Positions 38,693-49,485 of a stretch of 64,000 bases of DNA are shown piece after piece. Every line of letters begins with the position of its first letter. Positions within the stretch are counted from its first letter, which is position 1. This DNA is from a virus. The position numbers were made by a program, and so were the translations under genes. The stretch covers positions 18,433-82,432 of IMG/VR virus record IMGVR_UViG_3300012359_000028; one strand, 5' to 3'. The notes below the pieces were generated by a model that had not been told where the DNA came from, searched no databases, and was given only the letters and a program-made list of their open reading frames with translations.

Positions 38693-39888
38693 TCTTCTGC
38701 CTCCACTTCATCTTCAAAAAGATCATTCATTGAATCTTCATCTGTTTTTACAAAGTTTTCTTTACGAAATGCCTCATCTTTCAAAACGAAAGCCTGAAAA
38801 TACGGGTCCGATCTGTTATCATGAGGAAATCGAATCCCAAACTTATTCGGCCATTTCTTTGTCTTCCATGCATTCACGATGCCGACGATCTGGGTCGCGC
38901 AGATTTGCCCCGCATCGAGTTGACTATCAGTCGTAACGAAGCCAGCGTTAAATTGTAGCCGTTGTCGGGTAAGGTACCCACTATGGACGCGAAATCCGTT
39001 GGTTTCGAGCCATGCTTGAGCACGCTCCTTGGCTGCTTTTGTTTGATCCGTCTTGTCATTTTTCTCTCCCTGGGCGGCGGACATCTGTTCAAGTTCGTAG
39101 TCATTGCGAACAATCCATGAGTTCTCCCCATCAACACGAGCGATCACTGCTTCATCTCCGGCTTTATATGTGCCAACGCCTTCCAGCAACGTTACACTTG
39201 AGCCCTTCTGCAATTTCCGCCCCACTTTCACAAAGACAACGAATGCGACATCATGGATACCGCTGAGCCAACTATATCGCCGCAATTGTTCGTCGAATGC
39301 TGCCATACCCTGTTCTTCAGGGTAGCCTCGGCCCGATGTCTTCATATCAACAATCAATGGCCGCAGCATGCCGTATTCTGGCTTCCATTCAAGCCGTGGT
39401 AGCATCGGATGAGTTGGATCAGTCCAGCAAATCATATCCAACTTTCCGGCATCTTCAATCTCTCCATAGTTAGCATCACCGGGGAAAACTTCTTTTGAAA
39501 CTTCTCTTTGGAATATGATTTGACCTCGTAGCGGTATTGGCAATGATGGCTGCCGAATGGAATACAATCGGAGTAGATCGTCGCCATCCGCATCAAGCGT
39601 AGTCCAATCCTTTTCTGTGCGGGTGTACACAAGATCATTTCGATCTTTGAAAATTTCCCAGAGTCGATGGAATTCTTCTCGGCCTCCGCTTCCATCGTGC
39701 TCGTGGTAGAATTGAACAGCTTGCTCGACAGCCCGACCAAAGAGGAGTCTGGCTTTATTATCAATCTCTTTCCAGCCTTGTACACGGCGCAGGTAATACT
39801 TAAGAGGACTGAAATCGAAATCCTGGCCCGCACTGTACGAATGCCGCCGCCATTGCGTGCCTTTCGAGTTTACGTAGAGGAAGGCCAT
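38689..39888 (-). CDS. PD-(D/E)XK (RecB/Cas4-like) exonuclease
   Basis: HSYS...P..YY, FG.AV, GKLDM, IVDMKTS, QL..Y. Confidence 0.8.
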   Translation of the reverse strand: MAFLYVNSKGTQWRRHSYSAGQDFDFSPLKYYLRRVQGWKEIDNKARLLFGRAVEQAVQFYHEHDGSGGREEFHRLWEIFKDRNDLVYTRTEKDWTTLDADGDDLLRLYSIRQPSLPIPLRGQIIFQREVSKEVFPGDANYGEIEDAGKLDMICWTDPTHPMLPRLEWKPEYGMLRPLIVDMKTSGRGYPEEQGMAAFDEQLRRYSWLSGIHDVAFVVFVKVGRKLQKGSSVTLLEGVGTYKAGDEAVIARVDGENSWIVRNDYELEQMSAAQGEKNDKTDQTKAAKERAQAWLETNGFRVHSGYLTRQRLQFNAGFVTTDSQLDAGQICATQIVGIVNAWKTKKWPNKFGIRFPHDNRSDPYFQAFVLKDEAFRKENFVKTDEDSMNDLFEDEVEAEE

Positions 39889-41537
39889 AGTCCGCTCCCC
39901 GGTTCAGTGTATTTTTTCAAATCAACAATCCGCGTTGCTGGATTAGAGTAAATTAGACTTGGATACTCATCTGGCCAAAATTGGCTTCGCTGGCAAGTGT
40001 AACTGAAATGCAATTCCTTTGCCGGTCGAGAAGCTGCAACATAGAAAATTCGCTTCTCTTCGGGCAGTTTGCCATCCTGATGTGGCATTTTCTTCTGGTT
40101 CACTCCGATGACATAAACATAATCCCATTCATGGCCTTTGGCTTGGTGAACCGTAGCAAGTGTAACCGCCTCCCCACTCTTACCCTTGCGCGCATGTGTA
40201 AGTCGGCGTAAATAATTCAAAAATTCACTAACCGACCCTTTACCGGATGCCATCTTTACAATGTCGTTCAAATTTTCAACCGGGCTCGATTCCATTGGAT
40301 TCTGAGCATAGCGATATTTTTCTAAAAACCTCTCTCGCTCAATTATGTCACTGAGAACCTGATGGGCTGGACGTAAACTGATGTCATTTTTTGCCAACCG
40401 AAGCAAAGCCTGAACTTCATTCTGCTGCCAGAAATCCTTTTTTCCGAGAATGTGATATTTCTTTCCTTCAAGAGTCAGAATCTTCTGATAAGTAAAAAGT
40501 TGGCGGTTGGTACGCGCCAAAATTGCTGTCTTGCCGGGCTCGGTTATCTTTGTTAGAGTCTGATGAGCCTCTTCGAGTTCATCTTCATAGCGAATGATCT
40601 CAGGCTGCACGCCATATGGGTTCGTTGTCATCATATGTGAACTGAGGCCGTTGTCCACGGGCAGAATCCGCAACAAGAATTCTACGATTGCGCCAGTCGA
40701 GCGGTAGTTCTGGCCCAGGAAAAGTTTTATCGCTCCCGGAAAATGTCTTTCGAAGTTCGATAAGTTGCCAGCCTGGGCATTTCGCCACTCGTACACTAGC
40801 TGATTTTCGTCGCCTACCACAAAGATATTTTTTTTGAACAGGAGTTGTAACAGCCGGAACTGAAGGACGTTTGTGTCCTGGCACTCGTCTACGGCGATGT
40901 ATTCTTTTTGCCATCTCTTCCTCACGTCGTCGTTGCTTTCGAGAAGACTAACGGTTTCGCGCATTAAGGAATCAAAATCAAGCCAACCTTGTTCACGACA
41001 ACGGCGCTCATAATCTCGGTATGCCATGCCATAATATCTCTCAAGTCCGAGAGATTCATCAATGGCTCGCTCCGGCGATACGTCGGAGCATTTCCATGCT
41101 TCAATATGCTCTTTGAGTGTACGGAAACTCTTCACCCCGGCTCGGTATGTCTTGACTAGATCGAAAAGGAGTTGATAGTCCTCACCGGAAAATGGCAAAA
41201 CATCATCAGTCACTTTGAACGGAAGGAAAGCGCGCTCTTTCCGCAGCAATTCCAGGCTATAGCTGTGGAACGTGCGGAAAATTGAGGCGGCATCCATGAA
41301 TCCGATACGTTTCACCATTTCTTCAGCCGCCTCATGTGTAAACGTGAGGTTCAATGTATCTTTCTGCTGAATGCCGTGGAGGAGCATATTGACATGTCGT
41401 TGTAGCAGAGTTGCCGTCTTGCCTGATCCTGGACCAGCTACCACTACATAGATGCCTTCAACTGCATTGATACAGACGAGTTGATCAGCATCTGGGCCAT
41501 AATCTCCGATGAAACAATTATTCATTTGGGTAGCCAT
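39870..41537 (-). CDS. UvrD/Rep-family SF1 helicase
   Basis: AGPGSGKT, VDECQD, VGDENQ, QNYRS, TVHQAKGHE, FYVAASR. Confidence 0.92.
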   Translation of the reverse strand: MATQMNNCFIGDYGPDADQLVCINAVEGIYVVVAGPGSGKTATLLQRHVNMLLHGIQQKDTLNLTFTHEAAEEMVKRIGFMDAASIFRTFHSYSLELLRKERAFLPFKVTDDVLPFSGEDYQLLFDLVKTYRAGVKSFRTLKEHIEAWKCSDVSPERAIDESLGLERYYGMAYRDYERRCREQGWLDFDSLMRETVSLLESNDDVRKRWQKEYIAVDECQDTNVLQFRLLQLLFKKNIFVVGDENQLVYEWRNAQAGNLSNFERHFPGAIKLFLGQNYRSTGAIVEFLLRILPVDNGLSSHMMTTNPYGVQPEIIRYEDELEEAHQTLTKITEPGKTAILARTNRQLFTYQKILTLEGKKYHILGKKDFWQQNEVQALLRLAKNDISLRPAHQVLSDIIERERFLEKYRYAQNPMESSPVENLNDIVKMASGKGSVSEFLNYLRRLTHARKGKSGEAVTLATVHQAKGHEWDYVYVIGVNQKKMPHQDGKLPEEKRIFYVAASRPAKELHFSYTCQRSQFWPDEYPSLIYSNPATRIVDLKKYTEPGSGLWPSST

Positions 41538-41722
41538 CCAAAACTACGTAACAAATCATTGCTCGTCCAAACTGCAACATATGGTTGCAAAAACCCTTTC
41601 GAGATCATCAACCACGTCAAGATATTGCTCGCAGAGATGATAATAACCTGCTTTATATTCCTGACCGGCACGCTCGTGAAGATGGATACGAAGAGCATGT
41701 ATCGCTTTGATTTCAGCAGCAT

Positions 41723-43027
41723 TCATTTGATGACTCCGATGGCTTGCTGCATATACTGCACGAGTCCAGCAGCACCACGAGTTTTTGCAACATCATCAAG
41801 GAAGTCGATGAACTTTAGCCAGTCCATATAATCCCATGTCTTGCTGCTCGGCTTCACAGAATTGAATTGGCTAACGAATTTCCTCAACTGAATTTCAACA
41901 CCACCAATCGAAGCAACTGGAACCATTCCACCGCCCGGGAGAATCTCATTGCGATATTTCGCCAGTCGGGTCTTAATTTCTGCTTCCTGGACCGGGTTTA
42001 GCAATTTTTGAACGGTAGGCGGCATGACAGGTTGTGCCGGGAGTTGCGCAGGCGCAGATGTTTCCGTAACGGCTTCTTGAACTATACCACGAAGAATTTC
42101 ATTGCCCTTGTTTGCCATTGCTATACCAGCCACGATAATTTTTTCAGGAATTACTTGTGTTGGCACAGAATTAACAACAGGACTTGCTTCTTGAGTCGGT
42201 GTATTTAGAGTTATCTCAGCAGCTTTACGTTTGCGTTGCTTAGGAGGTTCGGCAGCCTGAGCTAACGGATGATCAGACGGAAGTGTCGCAGCGAGGTCTG
42301 CCACGGTCTTAAAATTCTCGCCTGCTACGATTGCAAGAGTTTCCGTCTTGACTGTAGCTAGAGCATCTTGAGCGGCTCGCTGTGCTGGAGTCGGTGTCCA
42401 ATTTTGTTTAAGATTTGGGAGCCCTAATGCCTTCCCAATTGCTTCTACCTGATCTGGCGGAAAAAGAGGACCGTCAAACGGTGGAGGCTCTACAACAGAT
42501 GGCGTCGGATTCGGCATTACAACTGGCTGCGTTGTGATCACGTCCAGCGGGGTGCTATTCACTAGCGCTGTACGATCATGGCTAACTTCACTTTCATCAA
42601 GAATCCCGCCGCCGACAAATTGAAGAGTCATTCTTCGAACTGCGCGAGTCTGCGCTGTCGCAATAGCATCGGATAACGTTTTGCCATGCAGCCCGTCAAT
42701 TTCAGCCGCGCCGATGGCTCGTTCTTCGCGAAGGTCTTTATCACGACCTACTGCGAGAAAACAAATTTGTCCAGATACTATATTCGGAAGAACCTCGATG
42801 GCTACCGTAGAGATGCCTCGATTTCGACGAAGTAAATCCGTCGCGCCCTTCTTTGCATAAAGGACTTCATGATAGCCTGTGCCATCTACATCCTTTGAAA
42901 TAAATGCCAGAAGGTTCAGATCGGGAGGGATGCCTAAAAATTCGCAGGCACCTCTGAGGTAACTGGCCTTTTGGTCCTCGCTGAGTCTTTCAAGATCATA
43001 CAGCGGAATGAATCTGTTGCTATCCAT
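41723..43027 (-). CDS. Putative single-strand annealing recombinase (Bet/RecT-like N-terminal domain, Pro-rich tail)
   Basis: LYAKKGATDLLR...AQTRAVRR.TL...GGGILDESEV; GGAGG RBS; near the nuclease and helicase. Confidence 0.55.
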   Translation of the reverse strand: MDSNRFIPLYDLERLSEDQKASYLRGACEFLGIPPDLNLLAFISKDVDGTGYHEVLYAKKGATDLLRRNRGISTVAIEVLPNIVSGQICFLAVGRDKDLREERAIGAAEIDGLHGKTLSDAIATAQTRAVRRMTLQFVGGGILDESEVSHDRTALVNSTPLDVITTQPVVMPNPTPSVVEPPPFDGPLFPPDQVEAIGKALGLPNLKQNWTPTPAQRAAQDALATVKTETLAIVAGENFKTVADLAATLPSDHPLAQAAEPPKQRKRKAAEITLNTPTQEASPVVNSVPTQVIPEKIIVAGIAMANKGNEILRGIVQEAVTETSAPAQLPAQPVMPPTVQKLLNPVQEAEIKTRLAKYRNEILPGGGMVPVASIGGVEIQLRKFVSQFNSVKPSSKTWDYMDWLKFIDFLDDVAKTRGAAGLVQYMQQAIGVIK

Positions 43028-43058
43028 ACAATACCTCCAAAAAGAAAATTTGTCAAGT

Positions 43059-45329
43059 TTACTTGTGGTAATACTGATCTTCGAATCCATCACAGCCTAA
43101 CAAAAGACCTGGAGCCCACCAAATTTTCGAACGCATCATTGCATCCATCTCAGGTAGACCTGGAGCAATAGGATCATCCCACGTTTCGGAGATACCCTCG
43201 TCATGTACATGACCGACTACTGGAAGCCCGGCTTCTTCAAACATTAACAATTTGAGAGCTAGAACATCTCGTGACCAGGCTTGATCAATGTTCTCAAGGA
43301 TTTTTCCGCCGTGACTGGTAACATAGCAATCCCACTGATGCGTTTCTTGATTCGCTCCATCATAGACAAGAGTTGGCTTATATACGTCTTCTCCAGACTC
43401 AGAATTTTTCCACGGCATTTTTGTTTCTTCAATTCTGGCATTGAAATAATGAAGGGCTCGTCCAGATGGCAATAGAATTCGGAGAATGTTTCGTCGTGTA
43501 CCATGATCGGTGATAGTGAGTTTATCAAATTTTATACATCCGCCTGGTCCCCATTCACGTCTAACGCGAACAGTTCCTTCAGCGAGTACATCTGCCACAA
43601 TTTTTTCGAGGTCATACCATGCTTGCTTAATTTCACTATAGACCATGCGAAATACTTTCGTAAGTTCAATCGATTTCTCTGGAGTAAGATCAACGCCCAT
43701 TTTCTCGGCATAGTCGAGAAGTCCAGTTTTGTGTAGGCGTCCGGTCTTCCAGTCAGTCTCAATTCGGCCCGCAGACAATCGATAGACGCCGCCAATAACA
43801 GCAGGCTTCGCATCCTGGCGCATTTTCTTAGCAATAGCTTTGATGGCTTTGTCTAAACTGTGGTAATCGGCTTCAAGTTTTTCATATGGAATGTTCTTCC
43901 ATTGTCCGGCAAAGGTGAGATAAGGGCAATTCCCATTCGGTTTCCCAGGTCTCGGAATGAAAACATCATTGAGTGGCTGGCATTCACACAAATAAGCAGC
44001 ATCACGAGTTTCAATTGCGTTCAAGTCACAGACATTCAGACGCTTGCCTTCGGACGCATCAAAAATTGTTCGAATCGTGTTCTTTATTGTTGCCAGAACA
44101 GAACCATAATCTACTTCCTCGGGAGTCAATTTGCCGAATCGTTTGATTATTCCGTCAAAATCCAATTTGAAAATGAGCGTCCGAGCCTCATTAACGATGT
44201 CTTCATCTTCGAATAGCGGCTCTGGTCTTGCCATATTATGCATCTGGACGGCGTTTCCACTCCATCGACCGCAGCGCGCCGAGCCCATGTAGATGAATTG
44301 GCCCCGGAGCCGGTCATCATCACAAAGTTGCCGAAGAACAGCAGTCAATTTCGTGTACGTAGTAGAACTAGCATTGAGTCTCATCTCCAAAATTTTTCGG
44401 CATTCGGGTGTCAGTGTCGTGCTGAACTTCAGGGCTGTCTTTACTGCATCCTTCTCCAAAGAATCCTCTTCATAACCCCGAGCCTGTACCCACGGTAGCA
44501 ACTGATTGCGAGAGTTTGAATTCTCTAGGTTGGTAATCTTATTCATCACCTTCTTGGTTTCGATCTTTGCCCGAGTCCCAAGTTCAAGACCGTTCGTGAC
44601 GAACTGCCGGTTAACATGAATTCCTCGATCATTCACTTTTTGATCGAAGAGCCATACCCTTCGTTCGAATTCAGGAAGAGGAAACACCCGCAGCAAAATT
44701 TCTCGGCGTGTAACTTCGCGCTCCGCCCTCACGTCCTGTTTGCAATACTCACAAAATTCTTCCCATTCTTGCGGATGCGTATTCCAGTCGTTGTATAAAC
44801 ACGTTGCAGAGATACCATTTGGATTTTTCTTGGTAGGTTTCTTAGCTTTCTTTATAACCGGAGTACAGAACAAATTTATGAGTTGATGCCCACGTTTGTC
44901 TTTTCCGAGGTCTCGGTCCAACCCGAGAATATCTGATATGGCATCCAGGTCGGCGGGTAGACTGAGCATCCGAGCAGAAGGCTGAGCATCTTGAAATCTT
45001 TCCGGTCCCAGGTTAAAACCATGTTTTCGAAATCCGAGTCGCTCAAAGGATGAGTTGAATGCAACAATGTCCACCTCCGGGGCTTTCAAGTATTCATGTA
45101 AATCCTGTGGCATCGGCTCTCCGGTCCAGATACGCCAGAGTTTTACGTCGAATGGATGTTCGATAAGGCAATCTCCGTATCCATAGGCGCACATTACCAT
45201 CTCAGTCGTCGAGTGCGACATATAGTTGTACAATCCAACGGAATACTTACCGTTGATATCTGTATAGCTGCGCGATTCGAAGTCTGCAAACAGCCTCTTC
45301 TTGCGCATCTCTTTGGCGAAGTCAATCAT
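43059..45329 (-). CDS. DNA polymerase family A (phage type) with 3'-5' exonuclease
   Basis: DFESRS, AFNSSFE, GRWSG, DLNAIE (motif A), RQDAK...Y (B), VHDE (C). Confidence 0.92.
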   Translation of the reverse strand: MIDFAKEMRKKRLFADFESRSYTDINGKYSVGLYNYMSHSTTEMVMCAYGYGDCLIEHPFDVKLWRIWTGEPMPQDLHEYLKAPEVDIVAFNSSFERLGFRKHGFNLGPERFQDAQPSARMLSLPADLDAISDILGLDRDLGKDKRGHQLINLFCTPVIKKAKKPTKKNPNGISATCLYNDWNTHPQEWEEFCEYCKQDVRAEREVTRREILLRVFPLPEFERRVWLFDQKVNDRGIHVNRQFVTNGLELGTRAKIETKKVMNKITNLENSNSRNQLLPWVQARGYEEDSLEKDAVKTALKFSTTLTPECRKILEMRLNASSTTYTKLTAVLRQLCDDDRLRGQFIYMGSARCGRWSGNAVQMHNMARPEPLFEDEDIVNEARTLIFKLDFDGIIKRFGKLTPEEVDYGSVLATIKNTIRTIFDASEGKRLNVCDLNAIETRDAAYLCECQPLNDVFIPRPGKPNGNCPYLTFAGQWKNIPYEKLEADYHSLDKAIKAIAKKMRQDAKPAVIGGVYRLSAGRIETDWKTGRLHKTGLLDYAEKMGVDLTPEKSIELTKVFRMVYSEIKQAWYDLEKIVADVLAEGTVRVRREWGPGGCIKFDKLTITDHGTRRNILRILLPSGRALHYFNARIEETKMPWKNSESGEDVYKPTLVYDGANQETHQWDCYVTSHGGKILENIDQAWSRDVLALKLLMFEEAGLPVVGHVHDEGISETWDDPIAPGLPEMDAMMRSKIWWAPGLLLGCDGFEDQYYHK

Positions 45330-45556
45330 CGTATACCGATTACCCTAACAACTCGCGCTTTGTCCATCCACGGCCAATCATAAGCGAGGTTCTTACGATA
45401 TGTTTGGGTACGAGCAATGGCTTGGTATGCCTGACGCCGCGTTTCAAACAAAGTTGCATGGGTGCCGAACCAAAGTGTTTCATACTTTGAATCGTGTGCT
45501 TTAGCTGCACACATTACATCATCTTCAGCAATGACTATGAATCCTACTATTTTCAT
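45326..45556 (-). CDS. Hypothetical protein
   Basis: Coupled ORF between dUTPase and the polymerase. Confidence 0.45.
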   Translation of the reverse strand: MKIVGFIVIAEDDVMCAAKAHDSKYETLWFGTHATLFETRRQAYQAIARTQTYRKNLAYDWPWMDKARVVRVIGIR

Positions 45557-45559
45557 GAT

Positions 45560-46159
45560 TTATCTCCCGCTTGAGCCCCAATGTTTTTCACCGCGCTCGC
45601 TTGGATCAAGTTCATCAACAACCTCTGGACCGCCTTCCGCAATAGGGACGAAAACGATTTGCGCGATTCTCTCTCCTGCACTAATGTAGTATTGCGGGTC
45701 CTCACACGTCACACCGATTGTCACCTCACCACGGAAACCGTTATCATAGACGCCGCCGTGCGTGAAGAGTTGTTCTATAGCCCGGCTGGAGCGATCCTTA
45801 ACAATAAAACCCCAACCATTCCGAGGTTGAATTGCAATGCCGGTCTGAACTAGGGTTAGATGCCCTTTCCAGACTGTATAAGGAGCTATAGCATAGACAT
45901 CCCAACCCAAGTCACCGTAGTATGCTTTCGTTGGCACCATGGCGTTCGAATGAAGTTTCTTCACCTTGAAGAGCGGTTCGAATGTCGGAGTCCAAAAATA
46001 CTTTATTGGCAAGTCCCAATTGTTTCCGCCCCCAACTGATGGAATGATAAATGTCGTAAGTGCTCCGTCCGCAGACCGAGGTACCGTATAATCGGGTAAC
46101 CACGATCCAGCATTGTGAGTGAAATTCGTCGTATCCTTACCTGTGATTACAAACCCCAT
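45560..46159 (-). CDS. dut: Trimeric dUTPase with N-terminal extension
   Basis: GWDVY, DRSS, GVYDNGFRGE, ERIAQ, SERGEKHWGSSG. Confidence 0.88.
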   Translation of the reverse strand: MGFVITGKDTTNFTHNAGSWLPDYTVPRSADGALTTFIIPSVGGGNNWDLPIKYFWTPTFEPLFKVKKLHSNAMVPTKAYYGDLGWDVYAIAPYTVWKGHLTLVQTGIAIQPRNGWGFIVKDRSSRAIEQLFTHGGVYDNGFRGEVTIGVTCEDPQYYISAGERIAQIVFVPIAEGGPEVVDELDPSERGEKHWGSSGR

Positions 46160-48268
46160 TTATCCCTCCTGCTTAAGTAGATATGTCATTGCTGGCCGCT
46201 GATCTTCCGGTTTGCGCCCAGGCATAGCCCCGATAGCCGCACGCTCGTCGATTACTTTTTCAAGAATCAGGCCGTGGTATGCTCTATACCAACGATCCGA
46301 TCCTAATCGATCCGAGCGCATGGCTTTCTTCAGGTCCCGAGTTATCATCTTGCCGTGATTGCGACGGAGTTCATGGACAATCCCCATCTGATCCTTGCCT
46401 TGACTTGTCTCAGCCTGAATTGGATCAAGAAATTTCTGCGTTCGATTGCGATATTCAACCAGGGCACGAGCACGTTCACAGCAGTCCGCGTCAATGGCAT
46501 CTCTACCCAAATCAACCGCAAAGTAAAGACTAAAATTTTCGAACATAGCGAGGCTACGCGGATCGATGCCTCTGGCTTTGCCCTGCGCGTCAGTATAATC
46601 CTCATAATCAAAAATGCCGTCGTGTTGTGTCATCGCCGTTTCGATCATCTTCCGCGTCGACTCGGAATCAAGAACGGGCTCAGAATATAGACCGCTCTCG
46701 CGCTCTTCCTCTGGCGATAACAAAAAGAACATACGGTCATTCAATCCACTGTCCTCATTCGACAAATTGGACCAGAGTTGCGGAAATTTACGGTCTGTCG
46801 TACACCATAGCCAACTGAAGCAATATGTCCCGGCTGAAAATCGAAATGAATCCTTGTTCGATTTAATCTCATTCGCGAAATCTCTACTGTCATAAATCGA
46901 ACAAATATCTTCGACGAAAGAACTGTGCTCAATCCTGCCTTTCGCAACGAATTTACCTAACTCGTCGTAGTAGAGGACGGCATGAGTTGCATGGCAATCT
47001 TTCAATCGAAGACCAAGACCTTCCGGGCTGCCTGGCGAAAGAATAATAGTCTTATCACCCGCCATCTTTGCATCCTTGAGAGCCTTGCCCATTTGAATGA
47101 AATAATTTTGAGCCAGTTCACAACTCGATGACTTGTAAAAATGCCCATATGGCGCAATCACGCCAAGAAACAAATTCGGCATTCGTGCTTGCTGCGATTT
47201 CAATTTGACTCGTCCCGCAATCGTATTCAGGAACATCAATACAGCAGGCATCCAGATCAACTCCTCATATTTATCTGACGCCGCAGCAGCAGGCTTAACC
47301 AGATTTTCATAAAGCGATGTTTCGTTCATCACCCATTTCGGAAAGGCTGGTCGGAATGCCACTTCAGCATCATCGACTTCCGGTTCCGTCGTAAAATCTG
47401 AACCGCTAATTTGTCCGCTTGGGATTTGCACTGTTGTCTGGGAAGAAAGAGAAACATCCGACCCAACGGGAATGCCGTTATGCAATACGCGAGTGTCAAC
47501 TATAGGTTTTCTGCCGATGCTGTGCGCAATCTTGGCACACATTTCTCTATAATCGGAACCATAATCTTCACACCTCTTCTCACAGATTTCGATCAGCGCA
47601 TCAGCAAGGGTACTCTCTTCCATACCATCCTGCCGAAGTTTCCCGGCAATGCGTGTCAATTCATTGTCGTGCGATCCGCGAGGAATTTTCGGTCCATCAG
47701 AGCGAGCAGTCAGCGGAAGTTTCGCATTCTCGGTCAGATTTTTCTTGATCCAATCAATAAGCCACTGAGGTGCTTCCGTGATCGGCGCTGCTGAACGCAC
47801 TTCATAAACTACTTGAGTCTCAGGATGGACACTACCAGGACCCACAACATAAGCATGATTTAACCGCGCACTGCATTGCTCTTTACCATTCACGTCTTTA
47901 AGACTATAGTAGGATTTTGCCGCAGCAAGTTCGATGCTGGCATTATTATGTCGCCAATACAGATGTCCACGGCCGGGGCGAGAGCGAACTATGAATGTCT
48001 GAGGAAATTTCTGGCCTGTCTCTTTTTGTATGCGAGACCACATTGCAGGGTCATCTATCTCAAGTATCCAGGTACCATTCGATTCAGCTTTCGCAACTGC
48101 GGCGCAGTTTGCATTCGGAAACTCTGTATCCCATCGCAGTATCTGCGCAGAATCAGTTGTGGCAAGAGTAGGCCAGTCGGGCGAAAATGCAATTTTGGTA
48201 CGCGGTCTAAGAGGAATGACCGGAACACCGCGCTCGATTAAAGGCTGTATGATATCTTTGAAAGACAT
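46160..48268 (-). CDS. Bifunctional primase-polymerase with PriCT and C-terminal helicase-like domain
   Basis: PVIPL...K, LEIDD, GRGHLYW, YVVGPGSVHP, GSHDNEL; degenerate P-loop domain (YKSS, YYDELG). Confidence 0.82.
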   Translation of the reverse strand: MSFKDIIQPLIERGVPVIPLRPRTKIAFSPDWPTLATTDSAQILRWDTEFPNANCAAVAKAESNGTWILEIDDPAMWSRIQKETGQKFPQTFIVRSRPGRGHLYWRHNNASIELAAAKSYYSLKDVNGKEQCSARLNHAYVVGPGSVHPETQVVYEVRSAAPITEAPQWLIDWIKKNLTENAKLPLTARSDGPKIPRGSHDNELTRIAGKLRQDGMEESTLADALIEICEKRCEDYGSDYREMCAKIAHSIGRKPIVDTRVLHNGIPVGSDVSLSSQTTVQIPSGQISGSDFTTEPEVDDAEVAFRPAFPKWVMNETSLYENLVKPAAAASDKYEELIWMPAVLMFLNTIAGRVKLKSQQARMPNLFLGVIAPYGHFYKSSSCELAQNYFIQMGKALKDAKMAGDKTIILSPGSPEGLGLRLKDCHATHAVLYYDELGKFVAKGRIEHSSFVEDICSIYDSRDFANEIKSNKDSFRFSAGTYCFSWLWCTTDRKFPQLWSNLSNEDSGLNDRMFFLLSPEEERESGLYSEPVLDSESTRKMIETAMTQHDGIFDYEDYTDAQGKARGIDPRSLAMFENFSLYFAVDLGRDAIDADCCERARALVEYRNRTQKFLDPIQAETSQGKDQMGIVHELRRNHGKMITRDLKKAMRSDRLGSDRWYRAYHGLILEKVIDERAAIGAMPGRKPEDQRPAMTYLLKQEG

Positions 48269-48382
48269 TAAGCCTCATAAGAAAGTGGTGGGGCTTACCT
48301 CCACCGAACGTCTTACGCCGTTCAGCGCCGTAGTTTCCCCACCTTGGGTTACGGTATCCTTTTCAGGATATCTTCATTCACA

Positions 48383-48979
48383 CTAAAAAGGTATATCTTC
48401 GTCGGCAATCTCCACCTGCGCCTGATTTACATTTGACGTGACGCCAGATAGAGCCGGACTTGATACTTGAGTCGGCTGCCCCTGTTGGCCCGACTGCTTC
48501 GGACGATCCTTTTCACGTACATAACCAGTCGGAACTGCGGGAACCAGTGACATCATGGCAGGAGGCACCGGCATCATGGCAGCAATGGTGCGAAATTCTC
48601 CCATTGGTCCATTGGTTACCAGGACGAGTTGATTGACACGATCCATAAAAAATTCGTCATCAAACGGAGTCGGAATCTTGTCGGCTCCGCCAAAGACTTG
48701 CTCAGCCAACTTATACATCCGGCTGGCTTGATACTTCGTTGGAGGCGTCATCTTTGAGGGCGGCTGCTCCATATGACGGAACTGGCGACCTTCGCTATCG
48801 ACAACTGACAGGCCCTGACCCGGCACCGGAGCGACAACCCAAACAATGCGTGTTCGAACTTGTGCTGGAAAGCCGCCCTTTGACGGCACGGAGCCAAGTT
48901 CAACAACATCGATGGTACGGCCAAGCCAAATACCGGGGCTCGGCTTCTCAAACTTCTTACCGCCTGTAGCGATCAACAT
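48383..48979 (-). CDS. Single-stranded DNA-binding protein
   Basis: OB-like N-terminus and acidic tail ending DEDIPF. Confidence 0.7.
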   Translation of the reverse strand: MLIATGGKKFEKPSPGIWLGRTIDVVELGSVPSKGGFPAQVRTRIVWVVAPVPGQGLSVVDSEGRQFRHMEQPPSKMTPPTKYQASRMYKLAEQVFGGADKIPTPFDDEFFMDRVNQLVLVTNGPMGEFRTIAAMMPVPPAMMSLVPAVPTGYVREKDRPKQSGQQGQPTQVSSPALSGVTSNVNQAQVEIADEDIPF

Positions 48980-49002
48980 ATTGATATACTTCCTTTGCCT
49001 AT

Positions 49003-49317
49003 TTAGGCTTGTGGATTAAACGTCCAAATTCCGATCTTATTTGCATGACGTGAGACCCGAACCGACTTCTTGTAGCCAACGAATGACCAGCCAGCACCCC
49101 GAAAAATAGCTCCCGCCGCGTTGCCGAGTTCAGTTGAATCAATCCTGCGTAGTTCAAGTTCGGTTGCAACTTCGTCAGCATTCGTGGTTCCATTTGTCAC
49201 AGCCTGTGCTTTTGCAATCGCCCGAGCCGTCGCAAGAATTTTTCTCCGATGCGCGGCTGCTTGAGCGATGCCAGCATCCCTCGCTGCTTCAGATTGCTTT
49301 GCTCCTAACGTGATCAT
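49003..49317 (-). CDS. Hypothetical protein
   Basis: GAGGAGG RBS; NAAGAIF...SRH motif common in phage proteins. Confidence 0.55.
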   Translation of the reverse strand: MITLGAKQSEAARDAGIAQAAAHRRKILATARAIAKAQAVTNGTTNADEVATELELRRIDSTELGNAAGAIFRGAGWSFVGYKKSVRVSRHANKIGIWTFNPQA

Positions 49318-49485
49318 TATTCCTCCTCGACTTCTTCGATTTGTTCTTCGAAAAGACGCTCTTCTGCTATGTATCTATAGTTGTGCATCCTCTCATCAAT
49401 TATGTCGGAGTGCTCATCAGAGATATGATTAATAGCTGAATCGCTGTTTTTGAATTTCGCGCCGTCGAGTTTACAAATCAACATT

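Noticed and set aside
38689-39888. Cas4-like nuclease as a sign of CRISPR-Cas
   Set aside because: No repeat-spacer array or other cas genes seen; it sits in a recombination/replication module.
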